A DNA stretch of 24,000 nucleotides from Halomonas sp. Its GTDB lineage: Bacteria > Pseudomonadota > Gammaproteobacteria > Pseudomonadales > Halomonadaceae. Location of the stretch: the NCBI RefSeq assembly GCF_034520545.1, contig NZ_JAXHNN010000009.1, positions 298,236 to 322,235 on the forward strand, written 5' to 3'. Positions 15,044-22,310 of the stretch are shown here, piece by piece. A program made the translations under genes and the position numbers. Below the pieces are notes generated by a model. That model saw only the letters and a program-made list of their open reading frames with translations. It ran no database searches and was not told the origin of the DNA. Positions within the stretch are counted from its first letter, which is position 1; the number at the start of each line of letters is the position of its first letter.

Positions 15044-15418
15044 TTAGTCTTCCGTCCTCACCAACCAGCCTTCCACTGTCTCGGAACCGTACTCATCCTT
15101 CCAGGCTTTCAAGGTCTTCTGATTGCCGCCCCGCGTTTCCACCACCTCTCCAGTATTCGGGTTCTTGTAGATCTTCAGCTTGCGCTTGGCGCGACCTGAG
15201 CCTGTGCTGCCGCTGGAGCCTTTACTGGTGCTCTGTGTTGGATCCAATAGCTTGATGACGTCGGCGGCGGACTTGTCGAATTCGCGCATCAGGGTCTCGA
15301 GGTGGTTCTTGAAGTCCAACTCGGACTTGAGGCGCTCATCGTTCTCCATCTTCTTCAGCTCTTCCTGAAGCTGCTTGAGCTGTTCTTCTTTCTGCAGGTA
15401 GGTATTGAGAAATGACAC
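15044..15418 (-). CDS. MvaT/MvaU-type H-NS-family nucleoid-associated protein (xenogeneic silencer)
   Basis: The ORF is 124 aa from the GTG at 15418, with AGGAG 8 nt upstream. (M)SFLNTYLQKEEQLKQLQEELKKMENDERLKSELDFKNHLETLMREF...RAKRKLKIYKNPNTGEVVETRGGNQKTLKAWKDEYG closely parallels Pseudomonas MvaT as I remember it (...YKNPHNGEVIETKGGNHKTLKEWK...). Confidence 0.85.
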   Translation of the reverse strand: MSFLNTYLQKEEQLKQLQEELKKMENDERLKSELDFKNHLETLMREFDKSAADVIKLLDPTQSTSKGSSGSTGSGRAKRKLKIYKNPNTGEVVETRGGNQKTLKAWKDEYGSETVEGWLVRTED

Positions 15419-15719
15419 GGGCTGACTCCTCTGATTACGGTCGGCATCGATTATGGAGGCAACTCTCTCACAGTTCAATCAGTAGGGAGTGACAGTGTTG
15501 TAGATACGCCTCCGCAGTCACCTGCAGTCTATTCTTAGCGGATACGTCTAGCCTGTTGAGTCAGTTGTTTCTGCGCCCACCATGGAAGTCTTTACCACCG
15601 GCAAACAGTCGCTCATCTAGCGTGCGACAGTCGATGTCTTGCAAAAAAAGAGAGTGCGAAAGATACCGGTGCCGCCCCGAGGGCAGCACCGGAATTTATG
15701 CCGTGATGCTGGATAAGGG

Positions 15720-16217
15720 CTACACGAATCCCCGCTCCGCCAACGACACGCAGCTCTCTCCTCCTACCACGACATGGTCGATGACCCGAACCTCGATCAG
15801 TCCCAGCGCTTCCTTGAGGCGCTGGGTGATGCGCAGGTCGGCATCGCTAGGCTCGGGATCTCCCGAGGGGTGGTTGTGGACCAGGATGACCGCGGCGGCA
15901 TTGTGTGCCAGGGCGCGCTTGACCACTTCCCGGGGGTAGACGCTGGCCGAGTCGATGGTGCCTCGGAACAGCGTCTCGAAGTGGATCACGCGGTGCTGGT
16001 TATCCAGGAAGAGCGCGCTGAACACCTCGTGCTCGTAGCCCTGGAAAAGCACTTGCAGGTACTCGAAGGCCAGCGTGGGTTGGGTCAACTTGCGCCCTCT
16101 GGCCAGTTTTCGCCGGGCGAAGCCACGAGCGATGCTTATCAGTTCGGCCTCGGTGATCGGTGAAGTGATGTGGTAGGTACCGGCGACCTCGCCGGCGCTC
16201 AGTTTGCGATGGTTCAT
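15720..16217 (-). CDS. radC: RadC-like JAB/MPN-domain protein (short, mobile-element type)
   Basis: The ORF is 165 aa. It has HEVFSALFLDNQHRVI...ASVYPREVVKRALAHNAAAVILVHNHPSGDPEPSDADLRITQRL, which carries the JAMM motif HxHPSG..xPSxxD. The SD GGAGAG lies directly after the upstream gene's stop. Confidence 0.9.
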   Translation of the reverse strand: MNHRKLSAGEVAGTYHITSPITEAELISIARGFARRKLARGRKLTQPTLAFEYLQVLFQGYEHEVFSALFLDNQHRVIHFETLFRGTIDSASVYPREVVKRALAHNAAAVILVHNHPSGDPEPSDADLRITQRLKEALGLIEVRVIDHVVVGGESCVSLAERGFV

Positions 16218-16228
16218 GGGGTCTCTCC

Positions 16229-16840
16229 TCAGGCGGCCATGACCAGGGTCATGCGACGCTCCAGTTCTGCATAGAACGCCTCGACGCGCTCGGCGATGGT
16301 GTTGATCAGGGCGTCATCCCGATAGACGCGCGTGACGAACAACGGCAGGCCCGGCCAGTAGCTGACGAAATCCAGCCATTCCCGTTCGCTGACCCACAGG
16401 CCGCCCTGGCATTGCGCCACGTGTTCCTGGGGGAGCACCCCCTCGAGCAACAGCTCGACCTGGTACTTGGGCAGCTTGGTCTTGATCTCCACCAGGCCGC
16501 GGCTGTCCACCAGGCAGTCGGGGGAGTAGCCCACGCCGTGGTTGAGGATGATGCCGACCTGCTCCAGACGCGGCTGGCCGCTGGACTCGTAATAGAGGTA
16601 GCGGGCCACGGATTCGAGTTCGTGGCCGCGCTGGGTATGGGCATTGCCCGAAAAGGCATCCGAGGGCTCGCCGGTGATGCGCTCGCCGATCAGTTGGTGC
16701 ATGTAGCTGAAGGCCCCGGCGCCGAAGCCGCCCGGCCCCTTGCCTTTGACCAGCAAGGTCTTGAGCTCGGACATGGTAACGATGCCCAGACGCGCGGCAT
16801 GCCATTCGGGCGTGCCCTGTTCCAGTGTCAGGATCTGCAT
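16229..16840 (-). CDS. YqaJ-type viral recombinase exonuclease (lambda Exo-like, PD-(D/E)xK)
   Basis: The ATG at 16840 is preceded by AGGAGAG. MQILTLEQGTPEWHAARLGIVTMSELKTLL... and GYSPDCLVDSRGLVEIKT (D...E-x-K) are typical YqaJ features. The track ORF begins 13 codons further upstream. Confidence 0.85.
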   Translation of the reverse strand: MQILTLEQGTPEWHAARLGIVTMSELKTLLVKGKGPGGFGAGAFSYMHQLIGERITGEPSDAFSGNAHTQRGHELESVARYLYYESSGQPRLEQVGIILNHGVGYSPDCLVDSRGLVEIKTKLPKYQVELLLEGVLPQEHVAQCQGGLWVSEREWLDFVSYWPGLPLFVTRVYRDDALINTIAERVEAFYAELERRMTLVMAA

Positions 16841-16869
16841 GGTGCTCTCTCCTGGATGTTGGGTATGAC

Positions 16870-16919
16870 GACACGGCATAGCGGCGAGGGAAGGCCCCTC
16901 GCCGGTCTATGCGGGTGTC
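16870..16919. repeat. Long imperfect palindrome / hairpin between the ERF and YqaJ genes
   Basis: The core stem GGCGAGGG (16883-16890) pairs with CCCTCGCC (16896-16903). The outer arms GACACGGCATAGC and GTCTATGCGGGTGTC are partly complementary. It carries the motif CACGGCATAGC, which recurs at 18081-18091 (reverse orientation) and 19122-19132. Confidence 0.7.
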
Positions 16920-16989
16920 ATGGATGGTTGGGTGGATGATGGAAGTACTGAAGGAGGCGAAGTCGGGACCGCTCAGTGACGGGACCCGG

Positions 16990-17805
16990 TCAGTGCTGTG
17001 GACGATTGGGCTGAACCCGCCTCTGCAGGGAGGCGCGCAGCTTGTCGAAGTCGTCGCGTGGGACTTGCTCGGCCTGGCCGTACTTGCCGACGAACCATTC
17101 CTGGGTGGCCGGGGGACAGGCGGCGATCAGCTGGTTGATCTGCCCCGCCTGGAAGGGCGTGACCAGTTTCACCGGTGCGGCGGCCTGGCCGTTGTCGTCC
17201 TGGCCGCGGGTGGTGATGTTGAGCAAGGCGCACAGCACATAGCGCTTGCCGTAGCTGGTGGAAGAGCCGAAGGCCTGCACGGCATTCTTGCTGCCGCTGG
17301 TATCGGCCGGCAGCAGCATGCTGGTCTCCTCGCGGTGGCCGTCCTGGTGCATCAAGACACCGGTGATCTGGATACCGCGTTCCTGGGTCTGGATCCGAAA
17401 GCTCACCGCGAAGCCGTGTTTCTGCATGATCGGCCGCACGGTATCGACGATATCCTCCAGGGTGGCGTAGGCGCCGTTGTTGCCCTGGCCACGCTCGGCA
17501 ATGCTGGGTAGTTCGGTCTGCATGGCCGCCATGGCGGCGCTGTAGGCCATCAGTGCCTGGCGATCCAGCACGCGCTCCTGCATCTGCAACAGGCGCTCCA
17601 TCTTGTCGATGTCGACCTCGGGATTGAGAGCGGCCCGTTCGATCACCTGGATGATCGCCGTGCTCTCGTTCAGCGAAGAGGCAGGCGAAGGAACCGCCGC
17701 CGTCCTGCTGACGGCGGTCTGTCGGGGCTTCGTTGCCTGGCCATTGGCCTGGCTTTGTTGGGAATGGGGACGTTGGGACTGCTCGGAATGAATGGGGGTT
17801 GTCAT
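16990..17805 (-). CDS. ERF-superfamily single-strand annealing protein (recombinase)
   Basis: The ORF is 271 aa with AAGGAG upstream. After a low-complexity S/Q-rich N-terminus comes GAYATLEDIVDTVRPIMQKHGFAVSF...GVLMHQDGHRE...AVQAFGSSTSYGKRYVLCALLNI. This is the pattern of P22 Erf-like proteins (Y-A-x-L..I...V.P.L...G; Q..GS..TY.RRY). It is paired with a YqaJ exonuclease gene. Confidence 0.75.
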   Translation of the reverse strand: MTTPIHSEQSQRPHSQQSQANGQATKPRQTAVSRTAAVPSPASSLNESTAIIQVIERAALNPEVDIDKMERLLQMQERVLDRQALMAYSAAMAAMQTELPSIAERGQGNNGAYATLEDIVDTVRPIMQKHGFAVSFRIQTQERGIQITGVLMHQDGHREETSMLLPADTSGSKNAVQAFGSSTSYGKRYVLCALLNITTRGQDDNGQAAAPVKLVTPFQAGQINQLIAACPPATQEWFVGKYGQAEQVPRDDFDKLRASLQRRVQPNRPQH

Positions 17806-17850
17806 GGTAGTTCTCCTTACCGGTCGTGAGAGAGCGTGTAAGAGTGAGGG

Positions 17851-18036
17851 TTAGCGATAGCGATCGATGACGTCCTGGAGCTGGTCGGCGGGGACTGGCT
17901 CCAGCGACACGACCACGTGGAAGACCCGGCCATGGGCCAGCACGTGGGTCTGGGTTTGACGTTCGCCGGCCTCGAGCAGCTGGCGAGCCAGCTGGGTCAA
18001 GACGCGGCAGGTCTCGAGCGAGAGTGGTGGTGGCAT
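17851..18036 (-). CDS. Small hypothetical protein (61 aa)
   Basis: The ATG at 18036 has GGAGG 5 nt upstream. The gene sits in the same-strand array between the DUF932 and ERF genes. I recognise no motif. Confidence 0.5.
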   Translation of the reverse strand: MPPPLSLETCRVLTQLARQLLEAGERQTQTHVLAHGRVFHVVVSLEPVPADQLQDVIDRYR

Positions 18037-18058
18037 CAGAACCTCCAGACACGACAAC

Positions 18059-18080
18059 GCCCGGCCTGGAGGGGCCGGGC
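18059..18080 (-). terminator. GC-rich hairpin downstream of the DUF932 gene
   Basis: GCCCGGCC (18059-18066) pairs with GGCCGGGC (18073-18080) around a 6-nt loop, about 40 nt past the stop at 18120. On the minus strand it is followed by GUUGUCGUGU, which is only moderately U-rich. Confidence 0.45.
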
Positions 18081-18119
18081 GCTATGCCGTGAACGAGATG
18101 GGTGGATTAACGGAATGGA

Positions 18120-19088
18120 TCAGGCCACCAGCGCCATGGCCGAGGCCAGGGCCTTGTCCTTGAGACTAGCCCCCTGACCGAACCAGGCGGAGTCCATGCG
18201 ATAGTCGTTGCTGCGCGCGCGTTTCTCGTGATCCACGTACTCGGTCACCGCGTTGAGCAAGCCCCAGGCGGTACCCTGAGCGGTACACAGCTGCGAGCCC
18301 CGCCCTTCGCCGTGATAGAGCGACTGCACCCGGTTCAGCGCCCGCACGTTGGGTAGCCTGGCGGGATCGTCCAGCGTTTCGTCGGTATTGCAGATCACCG
18401 ACTGGAAGTACGCCTTGGCTTCGGACTGGCTGACCTTGCGCTCGGCCAGGGTCTTGAGCCGATACATGAAGTCGTCCCACTGGGCGACCGAGATCCCCAG
18501 TTGCTGCTTGACCCGCCGTGCATCGAACTCGGTGCTGTGCGGGACCCTTACTCCCTGGCTCATGCCGTCCACGGCAATGGTCAGGGTGTTGTTGCAGACC
18601 ACCCGCACCGAGGTGGGGGTGGCGACGGTGGCCAGGGATCCGTCACAGGACGTGGCCAGCAGCAGGTAGGCGTTGACCTGATCCTGGCCTTTCAAGGCAC
18701 TCCCCAGCCCGCTGCGAGCCAGCGCCCAGAACTTGCGCCCACCCTTGAGCACCCCGGCGGTCTCCAATTCATAACCGGCGTATTCGGTAAGATCACGGTA
18801 GAACTCCAGCACCTCTTCGGGCTGGACCACCTTGTAACGACGCGAGACCACCGACAGCGGGGCCCGGGTGTCGGAGCGGTAGAGCACCTTCTGTTCAGGG
18901 AAGGAATAGATGCTGCCGAGATGCCCTGCCCCATCGGCGATGAAGCGCACCGGCGCCTCTTCGATGGACCAGTCCATACCGGCCTGTTGCCGCCAGACCT
19001 CCAGCGGTTGATGACGCGAGAGTTGTTGCCCCAGGCCGTGCCAGGGGGTGACGCCGACATACGCCATCTGTTCGAGTTGATGGGCCAT
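18120..19088 (-). CDS. DUF932-family protein (phage/plasmid-like protein, TIGR03299 type)
   Basis: The ATG at 19088 is preceded by AGGAG. MAHQLEQMAYVGVTPWHGLGQQL...WSIEEAPV...YKVVQPEEVLEFY...GGRKFWALA is the standard DUF932 opening. This family is common in integrative and conjugative elements. Confidence 0.85.
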   Translation of the reverse strand: MAHQLEQMAYVGVTPWHGLGQQLSRHQPLEVWRQQAGMDWSIEEAPVRFIADGAGHLGSIYSFPEQKVLYRSDTRAPLSVVSRRYKVVQPEEVLEFYRDLTEYAGYELETAGVLKGGRKFWALARSGLGSALKGQDQVNAYLLLATSCDGSLATVATPTSVRVVCNNTLTIAVDGMSQGVRVPHSTEFDARRVKQQLGISVAQWDDFMYRLKTLAERKVSQSEAKAYFQSVICNTDETLDDPARLPNVRALNRVQSLYHGEGRGSQLCTAQGTAWGLLNAVTEYVDHEKRARSNDYRMDSAWFGQGASLKDKALASAMALVA

Positions 19089-19278
19089 AAGAAAGATCTC
19101 CTGAATAGGGCGTGCCTGCACCACGGCATAACGGCCCGCACTGCCAGGCAGGCAGGCGGACCGAGGGGGTGATGTCAGGATAGCCGGAAGGTTGAGTTAC
19201 CAACGGAAGTGAAGGAACAAGAAGCGAAGCAAGAGGCGACCGAGGACGCCGGGAGCGAGGTGTACACCGACAACGCGA

Positions 19279-19653
19279 TCAGTGCTCGGTGTCAGGGGGT
19301 GGTAGCCGAAGGATGGGCATTTCGGCCAGCGGCAGCCGGAAGGTGTGGCCACAGGCGCGACACTCGAGGTTGTCGAGCACCTTGGCATCCAGCTCGTCAC
19401 CGAGCCGGGCCCCGGCGATACCACCCGCGGTACCCCCGACCAGGGCACCGAACAGCGCACCGGCCAGGCTACCCACGGAAGCACCGACCGGACCAGCGAC
19501 GAAACCCACCGTGGCACCGGCCTTGGCGCCGCTCAGCGCGCCCATGGCCCCGGTGGTGCCGCCCGAGAGCACGCCGGTGGTGGTGCCCACCGAACGCCCC
19601 AGTTGACGGGGCACAAGCTGCGACGAGGCGCAGCGCGGACAGGTAGCAGACAT
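19279..19653 (-). CDS. Zinc-ribbon protein split by a long glycine-zipper segment
   Basis: The ORF is 124 aa from the ATG at 19653, with AGGAG upstream. MSATCPRCASS ... CRACGHTF form two CxxC pairs. They flank about 70 residues of G/A/T/V-rich GxxxG-type repeats (GTTTGVLSGGTTGAMGALSGAKAGATVGFVAGPVGASVGSLAGALFGALVGGTAGGIAGARLG). Confidence 0.65.
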   Translation of the reverse strand: MSATCPRCASSQLVPRQLGRSVGTTTGVLSGGTTGAMGALSGAKAGATVGFVAGPVGASVGSLAGALFGALVGGTAGGIAGARLGDELDAKVLDNLECRACGHTFRLPLAEMPILRLPPPDTEH

Positions 19654-20019
19654 GAGGATCTCCTGAATGAAGTGGAAAGGACGAAACCCTATGGCGGGTC
19701 TTCCCTCAAGTAATACGGGGCTGACGTTTTTTTGAATCGAATCGTAGGGATTATCGGCTCCAGGAGTGTTTTCTATTGGCAATCGTTTATCCGCCAGCCC
19801 AGTATACAAAAAATAACAAAAACACTAAGGAATCCAGAATAGTCCGACAAAGTCCACAGTATTCCAGCTATCACAGGCAGCAGGATTTTGGCCAGTAGAT
19901 GCGCTTGCGAGCGCTGCCTGACCTGCCTAATATCAGCTCCGTAGCGCACGCCAAGAAGGGCAAAGCGCTGCGACGGAAACAAGGACTACCACTCTCCAAA
20001 AATTCCAGGAGGAATGAAG

Positions 20020-20415
20020 ATGGATTACGATTTACCTGAAGATGCGCTGCTTGAGCGCAAGCGGCTTGCTGAAGAAGCCAATGCTGAAAAAGCCAATGCC
20101 GATGAATTCGATGTCGATGCCGATGAATTCGATGTCGATGCCGATGAATTCGATGCCGAAGAGTTCGATGTTGGAGAAATGCAAATGGATGACGATCTTA
20201 GTGACGACGCACGTCTTGAGCGCGAGCAACTGGACGAAGAAGTTGGTTCTGAAGAGCAGGACATACAGCATGAAGAAGATTTAGAGGAAAACAGATCGCG
20301 GCGAGCGAAAGAGTATTGCGCCATATATGGTGTTATGCCGGAAAATGATCCTGATCTAGAAGGAGAAGATACAGAGCTAGACGAGGAAGAAGAGGAGGAT
20401 CTGGTCGATACATAA
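20020..20415 (+). CDS. Hyper-acidic repeat protein (possible DNA mimic / anti-restriction factor)
   Basis: The ORF is 131 aa from the ATG at 20020, with AGGAGG ending 7 nt upstream. The track start at 20014 is too close to the SD. By my count 57 residues are D or E and about 11 are K or R. It contains DADEFDV DADEFDV DADEFDA EEFDV repeats and an internal duplication (LPEDALLERKRLAEEA / LSDDARLEREQLDEEV). Confidence 0.7.
   Translation: MDYDLPEDALLERKRLAEEANAEKANADEFDVDADEFDVDADEFDAEEFDVGEMQMDDDLSDDARLEREQLDEEVGSEEQDIQHEEDLEENRSRRAKEYCAIYGVMPENDPDLEGEDTELDEEEEEDLVDT
20098..20172 (+). repeat. 21-bp tandem repeat (GCCGATGAATTCGATGTCGAT x ~3.5) inside the acidic-protein gene
   Basis: Units lie at 20098-20118, 20119-20139 and 20140-20160 (variant), with a partial unit to about 20172. 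Each full unit contains an EcoRI site (GAATTC) and encodes ADEFDVD. Confidence 0.9.
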
Positions 20416-20429
20416 ACCGAACCTAAAGC

Positions 20430-21227
20430 CTGAGGAATCCCCACGAATATTGGCTATCCGTTGCATAAGGCCTGCTCCCTGACCTCCTCCTGAATGCATA
20501 CTTGAAGCGTTTTCCAGGAGGGCCAGGGGGCAGTACTGACACGATGACGCCGCAACCACTCCAGGCCCAGTCGCCACACGGAGAGCACGTTCCGATGCCG
20601 AATACTGTTGCTCTGGTAGCGCTGCTGTTGACCGCTGTCACGGACCTGCAGGCCGGCTATCATCACCGCGACATTGGCCAGCATGGCGATCAGTAGCAGG
20701 ATTTCGATTCGCTTGCCCTGCCGCGACTGATGCATGCCGAAGCCCAGTCCGAATAATGGGCTCTTGACGTCGCGGAAGCCTTCTTCAATCTGCATGCGCT
20801 GCCGGTAGATGGCCACCAACTTGTCTGCCAGCGTCGAGCGTGCCGGCAGATTGCTGACCAACACCCAAGGCTCCTTCTGGCGCCGAGCGATCGCGCGGCT
20901 CCCGCTGTCCTGGGAGACCAGCCCGCGCTTATTGCGATGTTTTCGCCCCTGTGGTGGCCGATGGTAGAGCACCATGTAGGTGGTGAGCGGGTTGCTCTCG
21001 GCGATCTGGACGGCGCCCAGTGCGCGCGATTCCGAGGTCGCTTGCGGAAACAGATCTGCCACGGGCTGCCACTCATGCCCCGGTATCTGGCAGCGAGTTG
21101 GACTGCGTACCCGGCCAACGTAGTACCAGCCTCGTGCCTCGACCGCCTGAAACCAGGGATTGCGAAAGCCTGCATCGGTGACCAGGATCGGCGTCGCGTT
21201 GTTGCGGCATTGGGCAGGCAGGTTGTC
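20430..21227 (-). mobile_element. IS10-like (IS4 family) element remnant: one terminal repeat plus the C-terminal two-thirds of the transposase
   Basis: The end sequence CTGAGGAATCCCCACGAATATTGG (from 20430) matches the IS10 termini as I recall them (CTGATGAATCCCCTAATGATTTTGG / CTGAGAGATCCCCTCATAATTTCC). The protein from TPILVTDAGFRNPWFQAVEARGWYYVGRVRS to the end parallels IS10 transposase (IIVSDAGFKVPWYKSVEKLGWYWLSRVRG...) and includes the YREK signature YRQRMQIEEGFRDVK. The N-terminal third, with the first catalytic Asp, is missing. Confidence 0.8.
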
Positions 21228-21659
21228 GGCAACGCTGCTCAGTAACGCCTGAGACATGTCACAGGCCTCCTCGACTACGTTGTCCAAGTTGCCGCTCTGC
21301 ACCGCCAGAAAGGCTCTGAATGACTTAATAGCCTCCTTGCCATGGCCGAGGACGGCGAAGAGCACCGGCTCCTGCTTGCGCTGCATGTCGAGAAACACCG
21401 TGACATAGCGATGACCCCGTTGTGTGGCCGTCTCGTCCACGCCGACGGTGGTCACACTGGAGAGATCCAACTCACCCAACATGTGGCCCACGTAGTGGTG
21501 CACGATGCGCCACAGGCGCTTGTCGAAAATCTCCAACTGCCGGGAGACTACCAGCACCGGCATCTCATTGACCAACGCCATGGCGGCCTGTTCGAACAGC
21601 GGGGTGAAGTCGCGGCGGGCCTCGTCCGGGACGCTACACCTGAGGCGGCGTGGCCGCCT
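21228..21659 (-). pseudogene. ISL3-family transposase internal fragment, read through in frame into the IS10-like fragment
   Basis: The fragment reads RDFTPLFEQAAMALVNEMPVLVVSRQL...VGVDETATQRGHRYVTVFLDMQRK...GHGKEAIKSFRAFL...VEEACDMSQALLSSVADNLPAQ. This follows the ISL3 pattern (GIDEfa.rKGh.Y.Tv..D...; ...v.mDM...Y......~P.A). It lacks the zinc-finger N-terminus and everything after the DM motif. The 375-aa track ORF 20454-21581 is therefore a chimera. Confidence 0.7.
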
Positions 21660-22013
21660 GCCCTATGCCGATGCGGGACTCCGGCATCGCCGGATAAATT
21701 TCTACTGGCCAGCCGGTATTACATGAGACTCCTGCCAGGCGGTTCACGCCTTGGGGGATCAGGCCTCAGCGGGAGTCAGCCAGTCGGCTCGGTGTTGCGT
21801 TAATTTCGCGCGGTGGATGTATCCCAACCTCCATGACAGAGGGGGCGGAACAGTTGTTTGACTTTTGGCTAGCGGTAACGCTCTGACGGGGATGAAAGTA
21901 CAGATAAGCCAGCATCTCAGTGTCCTTGAATAAACACATACGTCAATTCGGTTATATCCTATGTAGCAAAGCGTAGGGTATGAGCCGTTGATAGAAAGGT
22001 CTAGCAAGTATCG

Positions 22014-22040
22014 AAGCGGGAACAGTCCCGCTTATTATAT
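22014..22040 (+). terminator. Orphan stem-loop with a U-rich tail in the ORF-free AT-rich tract
   Basis: AAGCGGGA (22014-22021) pairs with TCCCGCTT (22026-22033) around the loop ACAG. It is followed by ATTATAT. No plus-strand ORF lies upstream of it. Confidence 0.4.
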
Positions 22041-22170
22041 CGTGATAATTTGCATTTAACTTCAGAGCTAATAAAATCAACGGGAAGGCTTTTAGGTAAT
22101 AGTGGTTTTATTTCGATAAGCAAGGTAACAAATGCAATAACTTATTAGTTGCTTTAGGATACGTTAGTAT

Positions 22171-22310
22171 TACCTATAGAACAATAGAACTATAACGCTA
22201 AGAGCAATAGAGCAATAGAGCAATACAGAGCACATACCTAATATCAATAAAGGAGAGTACCAATACAATATACACTAATATCAAAGCAATGTATCCAGTG
22301 TCAATAGATG
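22171..22310. repeat. Cluster of CAATA(G) motifs including an 8-bp tandem array
   Basis: AGCAATAG (22203-22210), AGCAATAG (22211-22218) and AGCAATAC (22219-22226) are in tandem. Further copies nearby are ACAATAGA, TCAATAAA, CCAATACAATATA, GCAATGTA and TCAATAGA, about 10 copies within roughly 140 bp. Confidence 0.8.

Noticed and set aside
16973-18052. A 359-aa minus-strand ORF, with neighbours 16306-16659, 16314-16874, 16412-16939, 16909-17511 and 18501-19172, overlapping the YqaJ, ERF and DUF932 genes.
   Set aside because: These are Arg/Pro/Gly-rich, motif-free translations in alternative frames of very GC-rich coding DNA. They are classic shadow ORFs. The co-located frames have clear family signatures and SD sequences.
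19773-19982. A 69-aa minus-strand ORF with a hydrophobic C-terminal half, divergent from the acidic-protein gene.
   Set aside because: It has only a TTG start, and only about 35 bp separates it from the divergent gene, leaving no room for two promoters. It has no recognisable family. It could be a small membrane protein, but the support is too weak to call.
21342-21803. A 153-aa plus-strand ORF.
   Set aside because: It is antisense to the ISL3 transposase fragment, and its sequence is a typical GC-rich shadow frame.
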